The position numbers and the translations under genes were made by a program. The notes under the pieces were generated by a model, which was not told where the DNA came from, ran no database searches, and was given only the letters and a program-made list of their open reading frames with translations. Of a stretch of DNA of 64,000 nucleotides, positions 49,341 through 58,850 are shown piece after piece; positions within the stretch are counted from its first letter, which is position 1, and each line of letters starts with the position of its first letter. Origin of the DNA: an uncultured Chlamydiae bacterium (lineage in GTDB: Bacteria; Chlamydiota; Chlamydiia; Chlamydiales; SM23-39); assembly GCA_963730605.1 (NCBI GenBank), contig CAVSSM010000004.1, forward strand, positions 17,712 to 81,711, written 5' to 3'.

Positions 49341-49562
49341 TCAACCAAATATTGCTTGAAACAGCGTGTTTGCGGCATGCAAGGCTCCGCTAATTCCTAA
49401 GTCTACCAAATAAATAGCAAAACCAAACACGAAAGTCGCGATGATGACGGCCTTCGTACAAAAGATCAACTCTTCCTTCGAGGTCCATGTCACTTTTTTC
49501 AATTCATTTTGAACTTCTCGAAAGTACGAAGCCTTTTTCTTTTCCGTCGTAATCGTCGTCAT
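49341..49562 (-). CDS. secE: Preprotein translocase subunit SecE
   Basis: ELKKVTWTSKEEL plus one TM; between tRNA-Trp and nusG. Confidence 0.93.
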   Translation of the reverse strand: MTTITTEKKKASYFREVQNELKKVTWTSKEELIFCTKAVIIATFVFGFAIYLVDLGISGALHAANTLFQAIFG

Positions 49563-49623
49563 ACCTATCCTGCCGGTCTAACTATTTTTCCCCAAAGTCG
49601 ATGCGACTTTAGGGACCCCTTCT

Positions 49624-49696
49624 CGAGTGCGGAGGGATTCGAACCCCCGACCCGCGACTTTGGAGATCGCTGCTCTACCAGCTGAGCTACACACCC
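49624..49696 (-). tRNA. tRNA-Trp(CCA)
   Basis: Cloverleaf GGGTGTG...GCGAT-CTCCAAA-GTCGC...TTCGAAT...CGCACTC. Confidence 0.95.
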
Positions 49697-49758
49697 CAAT
49701 TTTCCCGAAAGACGATGCGACTTTGGGGGCCCCTTAGGATACACCCTCGCTTGCATCC

Positions 49759-50945
49759 CTATTTCAAGATTTTAGAAATGGTTCCAGCTCCAATGGTTCT
49801 ACCGCCTTCGCGGATCGCAAAACGCATCCCTTCTTCCATCGCAATCGGATGGATCAGTTCAGCTGTCAATTCAACGTTATCGCCAGGCATAACCATCTCG
49901 GTTCCTGCCGGCAGCTCAACGGTTCCCGTTACGTCTGTCGTGCGGAAATAAAACTGCGGACGATATCCTGTAAAGAACGGCTTATGGCGGCCGCCTTCAT
50001 CTTTAGTCAGAACGTAAACAGTTCCTTTGAATTTTGTATGCGGAGTGCAAGTTCCCGGAGCAGCGAGAACCATTCCGCGCTCTACATCGTTCTTTCTCAA
50101 TACTGCGCAGAAGAACTCCCACGTTTTCGCCAGCGAGCGCTTCATCTAGAATTTTGTTGAACATTTCAAGACCAGTCGCAACGGTGTCTCGGGTTTCGCG
50201 GATGCCGACAAGTTGGATCTTATCGTTGACCTTGATTTTGCCTCTTTCGACACGGCCTGTAACCACAGTTCCGCGGCCAGAGATCGAGAACACATCCTCA
50301 ATCGGCATCAAGAAAGGCTTGTCCACTTCACGAACCGGCGTTGGGATTTTTTCGTCAACCGTTTCCATCAATTTGACAATCGACTTGAACATAGTGCTGG
50401 ATCCCCTTCGAGAGCTTTGAGAGCCGAGCCACGGATGATCGGGACATTCTTATAGCCTTTGGATCGAGAAGTTCGGTCAATTCCATTTCAACGAGTTCGA
50501 CGAGCTCTTCATCCCCTTTGCCGATCATATCCATCTTGTTCAGGAATACGACGATCGCAGGAACACCGACTTGACGTGCGAGCAGGATGTGCTCTTTCGT
50601 CTGCGGCATCGGACCGTCGGTGGCGGCAACAACGAGGATCGCTCCGTCCATCTGCGCCGCGCCGGTAATCATGTTCTTGACATAGTCGGCGTGGCCAGGG
50701 CAGTCTACGTGCGCATAGTGCCGCTTGTCTGTCTCATATTCTACGTGGGACGCGTTGATCGTAATCCCCCGTGCTTTTTCTTCCGGCGAATTGTCGATCG
50801 AAGCGTAGTCGCGAAATTTCGCTTGCCCTTTTTCAGCCAACACTTTAGTGATGGCAGCGGTCAGCGTTGTTTTACCGTGGTCGACGTGGCCGATCGTTCC
50901 AATGTTTACGTGGGGTTTCGTTCTCTGATAAGCTTCTTTTGCCAT
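49759..50945 (-). CDS. tuf: Elongation factor Tu (apparent frameshifts)
   Basis: [47 protein letters not shown] in three frames. Confidence 0.96.
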
Positions 50946-50972
50946 TTTCTTAGATCCTCCGTTCTTTATTTT

Positions 50973-51044
50973 TGCCCAAGATAGGAATTGAACCTACGAC
51001 CACTTGCTTACCATGCAAGTGCTCTACCACTGAGCTACCTGGGC
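50973..51044 (-). tRNA. tRNA-Thr(GGT)
   Basis: GCCCAGG...CTTGC-ATGGTAA-GCAAG...TTCAATT...CTTGGGC-A. Confidence 0.95.
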
Positions 51045-51120
51045 GGGCGCTTTCACGATTCCTAAAAGCATGCTAGATTAAGGCTACTTGGGACAATAAA
51101 ATCAATCCTTATTCAACCAA

Positions 51121-51339
51121 CTATTTTTGACGGTATACAATCCGCGCTTTCGTCAAATCATAAGGCGACATCTCGACCGTTACGGCATCACCTGCGTAGA
51201 CTCGGATATTCCGCATCCGCATCTTCCCGCTCAGGTGAGCGATGACTCGCATCCCGTTCTCAAGGACTACACTAAAATTCATATTGGGCAAAAGCTCTTC
51301 AACTTTACCCTCCATCTTGATCGTTTCTTCTTTCGACAT
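51121..51339 (-). CDS. infA: Translation initiation factor IF-1
   Basis: [39 protein letters not shown]. Confidence 0.97.
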   Translation of the reverse strand: MSKEETIKMEGKVEELLPNMNFSVVLENGMRVIAHLSGKMRMRNIRVYAGDAVTVEMSPYDLTKARIVYRQK

Positions 51340-51399
51340 AGAATATTCGGCTCGGAAATGCTTACAATCAAACAGGATTTCGGCTATGTTGTCAAACAC

Positions 51400-51650
51400 T
51401 ATTAACGGGGGTAGTAAAAAGATGACCATATGCGCCAGCGAGCCGCCGCCAAATCGAAGAGGGCAAAGCCCCCGTTCTGAACGAGGAGCACCATTGCCAG
51501 AGGCAAGGGCGACGAGAAAGATCGATTTGGCTGCGGAATCGAGAAAAAGGTTCGAGGAACCTTTTTCTCGCGGAGCAGATGAGCGAAGCGAATCGGCCCG
51601 AAGGGAGGCGCAGCAAGCAGATTGTCAACTTTTTACCACCCTTGTTAATA
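51400..51650. mobile_element. About 250-bp palindromic element (family F) between divergent infA and sufE
   Basis: Imperfect IR TATTAACGGGGGTAGTAAAAAG...CTTTTTACCACCCTTGTTAATA; internal hairpin CGAGAAAAAGGTTC-GAG-GAACCTTTTTCTCG. Confidence 0.7.
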
Positions 51651-51657
51651 AATGCTT

Positions 51658-52095
51658 ATGAGCGGTACTTTTCAAGAAAAAGCTAATGCGGTTAAAAAAT
51701 TCTTCCCTCAATTTCTATCGGCGGAAGACCGCTACAAGGCGCTGATCGACCTCGGGCGCAGCTTACCGACATTGCCACCTGCTCTCAAGGTCCCTGAAAA
51801 TCTCGTTTCCGGCTGCCAAAGCAACCTGTACCTCGCCGCTCGGTTTATCGATGGTTTGGTCTTTTTCGAAGCGGGCTCGGACGCCCTGATCTCCGCTGGG
51901 CTCGCAGCCCTTCTCATCAATGTATATAGCGGCGAGCCTCCCGAGACGATCCTCAAACAGCCCCCCGACTACGTCCGCGACCTCGGCATCGCCGCTTCCC
52001 TTTCCGCCAATCGCTCTAACGGACTTGCCCACATTCATTTGCGCATGAAGAAAGAAGCTCTAAAATTTTTAGTGACCTTAAGAGGGTGTTGCTGA
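51658..52095 (+). CDS. sufE: SufE-family Fe-S assembly protein
   Basis: RYKALIDLG, NLVSGCQSNLYL, SDALISAGL, LSANRSNGL. Confidence 0.92.
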   Translation: MSGTFQEKANAVKKFFPQFLSAEDRYKALIDLGRSLPTLPPALKVPENLVSGCQSNLYLAARFIDGLVFFEAGSDALISAGLAALLINVYSGEPPETILKQPPDYVRDLGIAASLSANRSNGLAHIHLRMKKEALKFLVTLRGCC

Positions 52096-52130
52096 TTTAA
52101 GCTTCTATCGATAATTCAGCAACACCCTCT
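52081..52130. repeat. 50-bp hairpin with family-D-like ends supplying the sufE stop codon
   Basis: AGAGGGTGTTGCTGA...TCAGCAACACCCTCT. Confidence 0.65.
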
Positions 52131-52195
52131 AAATATTTCTTGATTAGGATCATACTCCCCATTCGTGTATTCTTTAAGAGCAAAAAAGGAAACCT

Positions 52196-53047
52196 ATGTC
52201 GCTTGCAGTAACCTCTGGATCCGCGATTACCTCCAGACCCACGACGCCTCAGTTAAGCCGTTATGTAACTGAACTTCCTCAAAAAATTGCGCATGAGCGG
52301 AGCCGGAAAGCGGCTCTTTACAGCCTGGCTTCTAAAGTCTGCCTCGTCGCGTTCATTGCGATCGTGGCAGTCTTCCTTGCCATCTCGATCGGCCTTCTTT
52401 CGCCCCTCTCTCCGGCCCTCACAATCCCCTTAATCTTCAGCGCTCTCCCCCTTCTAGAGGGCGGTCTCTCGCTGGATTGCTCGGAAGCGGCGAGGCAAGC
52501 GATTGACACAGCCCATGAGTTTGCCCGCATTCGGCATTGGACAAGCCCGCAAATCAAGGCATTTTTCGAAAAACATCATCTGTCCTTAGAGAAGCTTCCG
52601 ATGGATTTGCTGCGGAAGGCGAACCCCAAGGAACCTCTAAGAGCCCTTTTGCCTGCGATCGCATCCTACAATTATTTATGCCATAAAGCGGAAAAACACT
52701 TTAAAGAACACGAGAATAATCTATATAACAGGACGGAAAATCCAATTCTGCGCCACCACGGGCGCCTGGGAGGCTGGAAGAAATTAGAATGCGAAGCGAT
52801 CCCCGCGGCGCTCCAAGCAGCCCTTGTTTTACAGACGATCTCCCAACCTACGCTTCAACTGCAGCTGGCCGATCTTGGCGCCTGCACCCCGAAAGCATTC
52901 GATCAGCGGCGATTCGACCAGCTCCTGGAGGGGTCGGACGCTTATTTTGTGTTCAAGGATCAAGCCCGCGCGCCACTCACTTTCACTGCCCTGCAAGAAC
53001 TTGTCTCAAAGCAGAACTACGATGGGCTGAGGGTCAAATTGTTCTAG
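52196..53047 (+). CDS. Inc-like hypothetical protein (bilobed hydrophobic segment)
   Basis: Ser/Thr/Pro-rich N-terminus; VCLVAFIAIVAVFLAISIGLL-SPLSP-ALTIPLIFSALPLL. Confidence 0.6.
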   Translation: MSLAVTSGSAITSRPTTPQLSRYVTELPQKIAHERSRKAALYSLASKVCLVAFIAIVAVFLAISIGLLSPLSPALTIPLIFSALPLLEGGLSLDCSEAARQAIDTAHEFARIRHWTSPQIKAFFEKHHLSLEKLPMDLLRKANPKEPLRALLPAIASYNYLCHKAEKHFKEHENNLYNRTENPILRHHGRLGGWKKLECEAIPAALQAALVLQTISQPTLQLQLADLGACTPKAFDQRRFDQLLEGSDAYFVFKDQARAPLTFTALQELVSKQNYDGLRVKLF

Positions 53048-53050
53048 AGC

Positions 53051-54241
53051 TTAGAGAAGGCAGCGGATCTCATCCTGCTCCCCGCCGGTCACCTCGACTC
53101 GGCCATCTTGATGGACGTATACGTCGGATTCAAGGCGGATGCCGAATTCCTTGGATAGATAGATTCCAGGTTCTACCGAAAAACAAGTCCCGGGCAAAAT
53201 GGGCCGATCGTCGTGCATTTCCAGGTTGTCTAAAGAAGCGCCGCTTCCGTGCAATTGGATCTCGATGCTATGACCGGTCCTGTGAAGAAAATTATCCCCG
53301 AAACCCGCTATCTGAATGACTTTCCTTACCGCGTCGTCCACTTCAAATCCTAAGACCTTTTTTTTCTCGGCAAAGCGGCGCTTCACGAGAGCAATGCCGG
53401 CTTTCTGAGCGGCAGCGCAGGCATCGAATACTTGTTTTTGCCGCGCGGTCGGGCGCTCGCTTGCGACTGCAACTCTCGTAATATCCCCAAACACTGCCCC
53501 TTCCCCCTTTTCTTTCGCCCATAAATCGATCAGGAGAAAATCCCCCTTTTTAAGAAGGCTCGGGTCCAGGCTTGCAGTTTCGAAATGGGGATCGGCGCTA
53601 TGGGCGTTGACTGCAACAATGGGAGGGTGATCCGTGATCAAATGAAGCCGTTCAAAGTCCTTCATGATCCGCTGCTGGATCTGGTATTCGTTGACCGGTT
53701 TATCTTCTCGTAAGCGCTCTCCGATCCACTGCCACGTCTCTTTCACGATTTTATCGAGGGCCGATGCGGCGCGGATGTGGCTCTCCCCTTGCTTGGCATC
53801 GATCACAGCGGTGAAATGAGGCAAAAACGGCCCCGAACTGACAATCTCCGGCCCAAAGGAGCGGACGAGGTCGACCGTCCCTCCATCTACATAGGAAACA
53901 TAAGGGTTTGCGTTGAGGGGGGAATATTCCATCGCCACCCGCCGCGAGCCCGATATGGCAGCCTCGAGTTCTGTGCGGAGCGACTGCCAAGAGAGAAAAA
54001 TTCTCTTTTCTCCCGGCCATGCGTTTAGGATATGGGGTTCGATCGCATGGACGATCTTGACGGGGGTACCCATGGCAGGAATCCAATAAAAAAAACGGCG
54101 CGATACCATCTCATGCTCTGGAATTTCGAGGAATTGGTGCGCGAGATGATTCCTCTTATGAAAATCATAGAGCAGCCAACCGTCAGCCCCCATTTCTTTG
54201 AGATATTTTCTTGCCTCGAGGATTTTTTTTTCTTTCGTCAT
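53051..54241 (-). CDS. M24 family Xaa-Pro peptidase
   Basis: SADPH, LLIDLWAK, GDITR, FLHRTGHSI, FSVEPGIY, GIRLESD; ATG at 54241. Confidence 0.93.
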   Translation of the reverse strand: MTKEKKILEARKYLKEMGADGWLLYDFHKRNHLAHQFLEIPEHEMVSRRFFYWIPAMGTPVKIVHAIEPHILNAWPGEKRIFLSWQSLRTELEAAISGSRRVAMEYSPLNANPYVSYVDGGTVDLVRSFGPEIVSSGPFLPHFTAVIDAKQGESHIRAASALDKIVKETWQWIGERLREDKPVNEYQIQQRIMKDFERLHLITDHPPIVAVNAHSADPHFETASLDPSLLKKGDFLLIDLWAKEKGEGAVFGDITRVAVASERPTARQKQVFDACAAAQKAGIALVKRRFAEKKKVLGFEVDDAVRKVIQIAGFGDNFLHRTGHSIEIQLHGSGASLDNLEMHDDRPILPGTCFSVEPGIYLSKEFGIRLESDVYVHQDGRVEVTGGEQDEIRCLL

Positions 54242-55968
54242 CTGTTGAGGCATTGGATGAGCGCGGCCGCTGCAGCGACGCGCAAAATAGGAAAAGGTTC
54301 TCGGAAAATGCCAACGAGAAAGCTGAACGAATGGGCAGTGCCCATCCGCCCAAGCGCTTCTAAAATATGGAGTTTCCGTTCGTGATTCGCGCCGGCATAA
54401 GCCCCTTGCAAATCGCTCAGGACCGATTCGTCGCGGCCCATCATCGCCAATACAAGGCATGCTTGCAACCGGACATTCGGGTCGTTATCCTTCAAACATT
54501 CACGGACGATTGCGAGGGCTGATTCGTCCCCCTCTTGAAGGAGAGTGGCCGCGGCGACGCCGCTGATCCCCCAGCTCCTTTTCTGCAAGAAACTCTTGAG
54601 GGCATCGCTTGCTCTCGGATCTTCGACAATGGCTAGGAGCGATACCAGATTCAGCCGGGTCATTTGATCGATCGATTCGGGGTAGTTGGGAATGTGGTCG
54701 ACGTAGCGGACTTGGCTCGGCGCCAGGACTTGAAAGAGCGGGTTTGGGCGGGTATCCCACATCCACATCCGCTTTTCGCTTTGCAAAAATTCATAAATCG
54801 AGTCGCAGCATAGGCCCGTTTCGACCCTCTGCCCTAAAAGCCCTAGGGCAAGATTGGCTTTTACATAAGGGTCGCTTCCGCCCTTGATCGTTTTCAGGGC
54901 GAGATCGGTTCCTCTTTTTCCCGTAGCTGTCAGAGCAGCGGCAGCGAGGCGCCGGTTCTCCGGGAGAGAATCGGCCAACCATTTTTCTAAAGCCGGCGCT
55001 CCGAAAGAGGGGTCCACGAGCATGGCGGCCCATCCGGCAGTGATCGCCACCGCAGGGTGCGGATCCGAGAGGAGGTTCTTCAGCGCTTCTTTTGCCTCGC
55101 CCGCAGGCGTTTCATCCCGATAAACAAGTCCGAATGCGTTCAATGCCGCGATCCGGACGTCGGGATGAGTGTCTTGGATGAGCTTTAGAATTTCAAGCTT
55201 TGCATCCCGCAGTTTGAAATGCGCTGCGATCGAACAGGCCAAGTGGCGGATTCCCGCTCGATTGCTTGCGGCGAGGGCCTGGAATTCGGGAAGAGAAATG
55301 TCTTCGTAAATATTCACGAGCGCTTCGATCGCGATCTGACGCTCTTCGTAAGTCGCCCTTTCCGACTGGACGATCGCCTGGAGTTTTGGAGCTAGCGACT
55401 TCATTTTCAAGGCTCCGATCGCTTTGATCACTTCGAGGCGGACGACCCAGACCCGCTCTTCCTCCATCAACCTCATGATCTCGTCTTTCAACGGCGCATC
55501 CTGGTAAGAGGAGGACATCTGGACCGCAATGGATCGGATGATCGCGTTGGAATCGCGCATCATCTTTTGCAAAACCGCTACAGCGCGGACATCATGAGTC
55601 AAATAGGCGCCGATCAATGCCGCCAGCCTGACGCCGTTCTGAGTCGAGTCTAACCCTTTCTTCAAAATCCCCCATGAAAGCTCTTCCAGCAAATGTCGCT
55701 CTTGGATGAGGTCGGGATATTTGGCAGAGAGGCGGTGCCAGGCGTCGAGGGCTTCGTCTTCTCGCTTTCCCGCAGCAAAGGCTTCGACGAGGACTGAACC
55801 CACGAGCCGCGAATCAGGGCATTGCTCCGAAAGGCTCAAGGCCTCTTGGAGAGCCGAAGCCGGGTCGTCGATCAAGAGATGGGCCTGAACTCTCCTGACC
55901 CCTTCTTCTTCCTTGCTAACGGAAGCAGAACCCAGGAGCAAAATGGCGAAAATAGACAGACATCTCAT
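54238..55968 (-). CDS. HEAT-repeat protein
   Basis: Repeats such as DTHPDVRIAALNAFG and DNDPNVRLQACLVL; N-terminal signal. Confidence 0.85.
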   Translation of the reverse strand: MRCLSIFAILLLGSASVSKEEEGVRRVQAHLLIDDPASALQEALSLSEQCPDSRLVGSVLVEAFAAGKREDEALDAWHRLSAKYPDLIQERHLLEELSWGILKKGLDSTQNGVRLAALIGAYLTHDVRAVAVLQKMMRDSNAIIRSIAVQMSSSYQDAPLKDEIMRLMEEERVWVVRLEVIKAIGALKMKSLAPKLQAIVQSERATYEERQIAIEALVNIYEDISLPEFQALAASNRAGIRHLACSIAAHFKLRDAKLEILKLIQDTHPDVRIAALNAFGLVYRDETPAGEAKEALKNLLSDPHPAVAITAGWAAMLVDPSFGAPALEKWLADSLPENRRLAAAALTATGKRGTDLALKTIKGGSDPYVKANLALGLLGQRVETGLCCDSIYEFLQSEKRMWMWDTRPNPLFQVLAPSQVRYVDHIPNYPESIDQMTRLNLVSLLAIVEDPRASDALKSFLQKRSWGISGVAAATLLQEGDESALAIVRECLKDNDPNVRLQACLVLAMMGRDESVLSDLQGAYAGANHERKLHILEALGRMGTAHSFSFLVGIFREPFPILRVAAAAALIQCLNR

Positions 55969-56093
55969 CACTTCCTTCTTATGCCAGATGCCCGCCATAT
56001 AATGGAAGAATGGGAATACCACCTCACAGTAGGACGCAATAAAATAGTAAAGACTAGACCACTATTGCACCGCCGAAATTTTCAGGAATATGA

Positions 56094-56429
56094 CTACCCC
56101 ATAGGGCCGAGGATGCGGCCGCCGATGAGGTGGAAATGAAGGTGGAAAATCGTTTGGCCGGCATCGGGGCCGTTATTGGTGAGCAGCCGATAGCCATCGG
56201 CAACCCCCTTTTCGATCGCAATCTTCTGAGCCACTTCGATGATTTCACCGATCAAAGGGAGATCGTGCGGCTCTATCCGCTGCAAACTCGGAATTTCTTT
56301 CTTTGGCATGATGAGGATATGGACCCGGGCGATCGGATGGATATCCTCGATCGCCAAAATCCGTTCGTTCTCAAACACTTTTTTGCAAGGGATCTTCCCT
56401 TGGATGATTTTGCCAAAAACGGTCGTCAT
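56094..56429 (-). CDS. hinT: HIT-family nucleotide-binding protein
   Basis: TVFGKII, AGQTIFHLHFHLIGG. Confidence 0.93.
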   Translation of the reverse strand: MTTVFGKIIQGKIPCKKVFENERILAIEDIHPIARVHILIMPKKEIPSLQRIEPHDLPLIGEIIEVAQKIAIEKGVADGYRLLTNNGPDAGQTIFHLHFHLIGGRILGPMG

Positions 56430-56437
56430 AGTCATAA

Positions 56438-56609
56438 GAACCTATCCCAATAAAAAGTTTCAGTCGATTTTTCGGTTCTTTTGAGCCGATTTTCGATTCA
56501 AATTTCGGGGGGCAATATCGACATCATGTATATTACCCCCCGAATTTGAAGTCGAAAATCGGCCAAAATAATCCAAAAACTCGACGAAAAATTTTACTTG
56601 GATAGGTTC
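56438..56609. mobile_element. 172-bp palindromic element (family H) sharing its core with family D
   Basis: IR GAACCTATCC...GGATAGGTTC; 56463-56583 is a reverse-complement homolog of 35159-35278. Confidence 0.85.
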
Positions 56610-56616
56610 AAGGCAC

Positions 56617-57480
56617 CTACCTTTTCATTGCGATGTGCAGCGCCTTGATTGCATCTTCCTTCGTCTCCCAGATGGAGATGAACCGCCCCTTATGGCAAAA
56701 AATCGCGCCGGGAATGCCGGAGACTTGCTTCAACTCTTCTTCATGGAGGCCTGCCCAGCTCTCTGGCAGCGGCCTCCGTACCTGCATCCGTTCATGGAGA
56801 TGCGGGGGGATCCCGCGCAGCTTCCAGTGCTTGCCGGCAGGCATGATGATAAACTCGGCCGGATGCAAATCTCCCCCCAGTTCGAAAAAATTTTCCATCC
56901 AGGGAAGAGGGTGGTCGAAGATCAGGACGTTCTGCGATTCAGCCATCGCGATTTTCACGAAATTCTCGCAGTTGAGCATGTAAGCAAAGCGCTTTTGGAA
57001 CCGGTCGAGGTACCCATGAACAAAATCGACCGCTTCGAAAAAAGCCTCGTTCACGACCTCTTGGGGCGATTCGTATTCGATGGGCAGGAAATTGGAGACG
57101 ACTTGGGAAAACGACGTGATACCGGGCGGTAGGGTCACGCGGCCGTTGTCATGCGCATCGACTCCCATGATGATCACTTTGTTGAACGATTCATAGAGGT
57201 GGGGAGAAATCATGACCTGATTTTTCAAGTAGAGGAGGATCATCCCAGCACTGCTCATCGGCCCTTGGTATTCGATCTGATGATGGTCGAAGCGCCGTTT
57301 GCTGGGATCGTAAACGCCGCCCACATCGCAGACGTAATCGCACCGGGCGAGAATCTCCGGGTCGCGCGTCCGGTGAATCTTATCTCTGTCGATCCGGTCG
57401 AACAGGAGCAACAGGGAGCAAGCCGTCACTTCGTCAGCGTGGAATGACCCGTCATGCGTGCCAAAACTTCTTGGAAGCAT
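56617..57480 (-). CDS. MYG1 family (UPF0160) metal-dependent hydrolase
   Basis: GTHDGSFHADEV, DVGGVYD, FDHHQ, SSAG, FCHKGRFI; ATG at 57480. Confidence 0.93.
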   Translation of the reverse strand: MLPRSFGTHDGSFHADEVTACSLLLLFDRIDRDKIHRTRDPEILARCDYVCDVGGVYDPSKRRFDHHQIEYQGPMSSAGMILLYLKNQVMISPHLYESFNKVIIMGVDAHDNGRVTLPPGITSFSQVVSNFLPIEYESPQEVVNEAFFEAVDFVHGYLDRFQKRFAYMLNCENFVKIAMAESQNVLIFDHPLPWMENFFELGGDLHPAEFIIMPAGKHWKLRGIPPHLHERMQVRRPLPESWAGLHEEELKQVSGIPGAIFCHKGRFISIWETKEDAIKALHIAMKR

Positions 57481-57528
57481 AAACCAAGTAAGGATATATT
57501 CAAGATGGATTTCGCTCAAGGAGGATCC

Positions 57529-57990
57529 ATGCAACTGACAAGCCGCGCATTCAAAGAAGGGGGCATCATCCCATCGCTCTACACCTGCGAAGGAAAAAAC
57601 ATCAGCCCACCGCTTGAAATCGCCGGCGTTCCTCCGGCAGCGAAAAGCTTGTGTCTCATCATGGACGATCCCGATGTCCCTGCCAGCGTCCGCCCCGAAC
57701 GGATGTACGACCATTGGATCGTCTTTAATATGATGCCGAATCTCCGGAGCATCCCCGAAAATTCCGTACCCCAAGGCCTTCAAGGACGAAATACAGGCGG
57801 CAAAAACCAATACATCGGCCCTTGCCCTCCTGACCGCGAGCACCGTTATTTTTTTAAGCTATACGCTCTGGACAAGATGCTCGATTTGCACGTAGGGGCG
57901 ACAAAACAAGCTGTAGAAGGGGCGATGAAGGGACATATCGTCACCCAGTGCCAGCTCATGGGCCGCTACGAGAAAGGCAAGAACTACTAA
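57529..57990 (+). CDS. YbhB/YbcL (PEBP) family protein
   Basis: YTCEGKNISPPL, MDDPD, HWIVFN, YIGPCPP, HRYFFKLYALD. Confidence 0.93.
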   Translation: MQLTSRAFKEGGIIPSLYTCEGKNISPPLEIAGVPPAAKSLCLIMDDPDVPASVRPERMYDHWIVFNMMPNLRSIPENSVPQGLQGRNTGGKNQYIGPCPPDREHRYFFKLYALDKMLDLHVGATKQAVEGAMKGHIVTQCQLMGRYEKGKNY

Positions 57991-58137
57991 ACGCGAGTTT
58001 CGGATAATAAAGGCTGAGATGCAAAGAGATCGCTCTACAGATACGGGCGAGCGCGGCCTTTGGCGCGTTTCGCGCCGCTCCAAATCTGCCAGCGAGGATT
58101 TGCAGATCAGCTCTACTTTGTTATCCGAAACTCGCGT
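57991..58137. mobile_element. 147-bp palindromic MITE (family C) with a 6-bp TACTAA duplication
   Basis: IR ACGCGAGTTTCGGATAA...TTATCCGAAACTCGCGT; TACTAA at 57985-57990 and 58138-58143. Confidence 0.88.
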
Positions 58138-58139
58138 TA

Positions 58140-58850
58140 CTAAGATCTCTGGATCAAAAACACCGCGGGCTCTTTGCCGATCTCAAAAGAGAGGGCCCGC
58201 CACTCATGGACAGTATGTGACGCTACTCGCTCTGCGGGAGTCGTGAGGCTGACGGCAAGAGAAAGCTGAGTCCCAGGTTGTAGCCACTGTTTCAGGGCGT
58301 CAAACATCTTGGCGGACCGATACGGCGCTTCGATCCAAATCTGGGTCTCCCCGATCGCAGCCTTCTCTAGATCACGGACGGTTTTTTCCAGCTCGCCCGC
58401 CATCCTGGGCAGATATCCGTGAAAGCGGAACCGCTGCCCAGAAAATCCTGAGAGTTGCAGCGCTAAGGTCAGGGAACAAGGGCCTGGGATAGCTTCGACC
58501 TCCACTTTGGCTCGGCGCGCGGCTGCCACAAGATCGGCGCCCGGATCGGCGATGCAAGGAAGCCCCCCGTCTGAAACAATGCCCCATACCTGGCCGCCCA
58601 ATACGGGTAATAGGTACTCTTCGATCTCCTTGCGTGGGGTGTGCTCATTGAGAAGCCGCAAGGGAAGCGCGGCCATTTTCTCGTGGCTCAAAAAACGGCG
58701 CAGGTACCTACGCGCTCCCTTCTCGCTCTCGGCAATAAGCCCATCGAGCCCCTCTACGGCCGCCTGAAGAGACGCTGGCAAAAACGGCTGAGCGGGCAGC
58801 GATTCTTCCAAAACGTTTGGAAGAAGGATCAATCGGCCTCTACTGGACAT
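58140..58850 (-). CDS. SAM-dependent methyltransferase, tetrapyrrole-methylase/RsmI-like
   Basis: LNEHT, VSDGGLPCIADPG, IPGPCS, SGFSGQRFRFHGYLP, IEAPYR. Confidence 0.9.
   Translation of the reverse strand: MSSRGRLILLPNVLEESLPAQPFLPASLQAAVEGLDGLIAESEKGARRYLRRFLSHEKMAALPLRLLNEHTPRKEIEEYLLPVLGGQVWGIVSDGGLPCIADPGADLVAAARRAKVEVEAIPGPCSLTLALQLSGFSGQRFRFHGYLPRMAGELEKTVRDLEKAAIGETQIWIEAPYRSAKMFDALKQWLQPGTQLSLAVSLTTPAERVASHTVHEWRALSFEIGKEPAVFLIQRS

Larger units (their letters stand above)
48708..49735. repeat. Four copies of a roughly 32-bp REP-like hairpin at 48708-48742, 49311-49341, 49590-49621 and 49704-49735
   Basis: Consensus CCCAAAG(A/T)CG-ATG-CG(A/T)CTTTGGGGGACCCCTT, same orientation, one per intergenic spacer. 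Confidence 0.9.

Noticed and set aside
48708..49735. Four palindromic repeats as a degenerate CRISPR
   Set aside because: The spacers are nusG, secE and tRNA-Trp, with very unequal lengths
51242..51661. 139-aa and 78-aa ORFs across the infA-sufE spacer
   Set aside because: They translate the palindromic element and overlap infA
54242..54460. N-terminal extension of the M24 peptidase; likewise ruvB 2825-2959 and the lipoprotein 23769-23975
   Set aside because: They overlap neighbouring genes, and better starts with stop/start coupling or a family-typical N-terminus exist downstream
57481..57843. N-terminal extension making MYG1 408 aa
   Set aside because: It is the antisense of the YbhB gene; family homology begins at MLPRSFGTHDG
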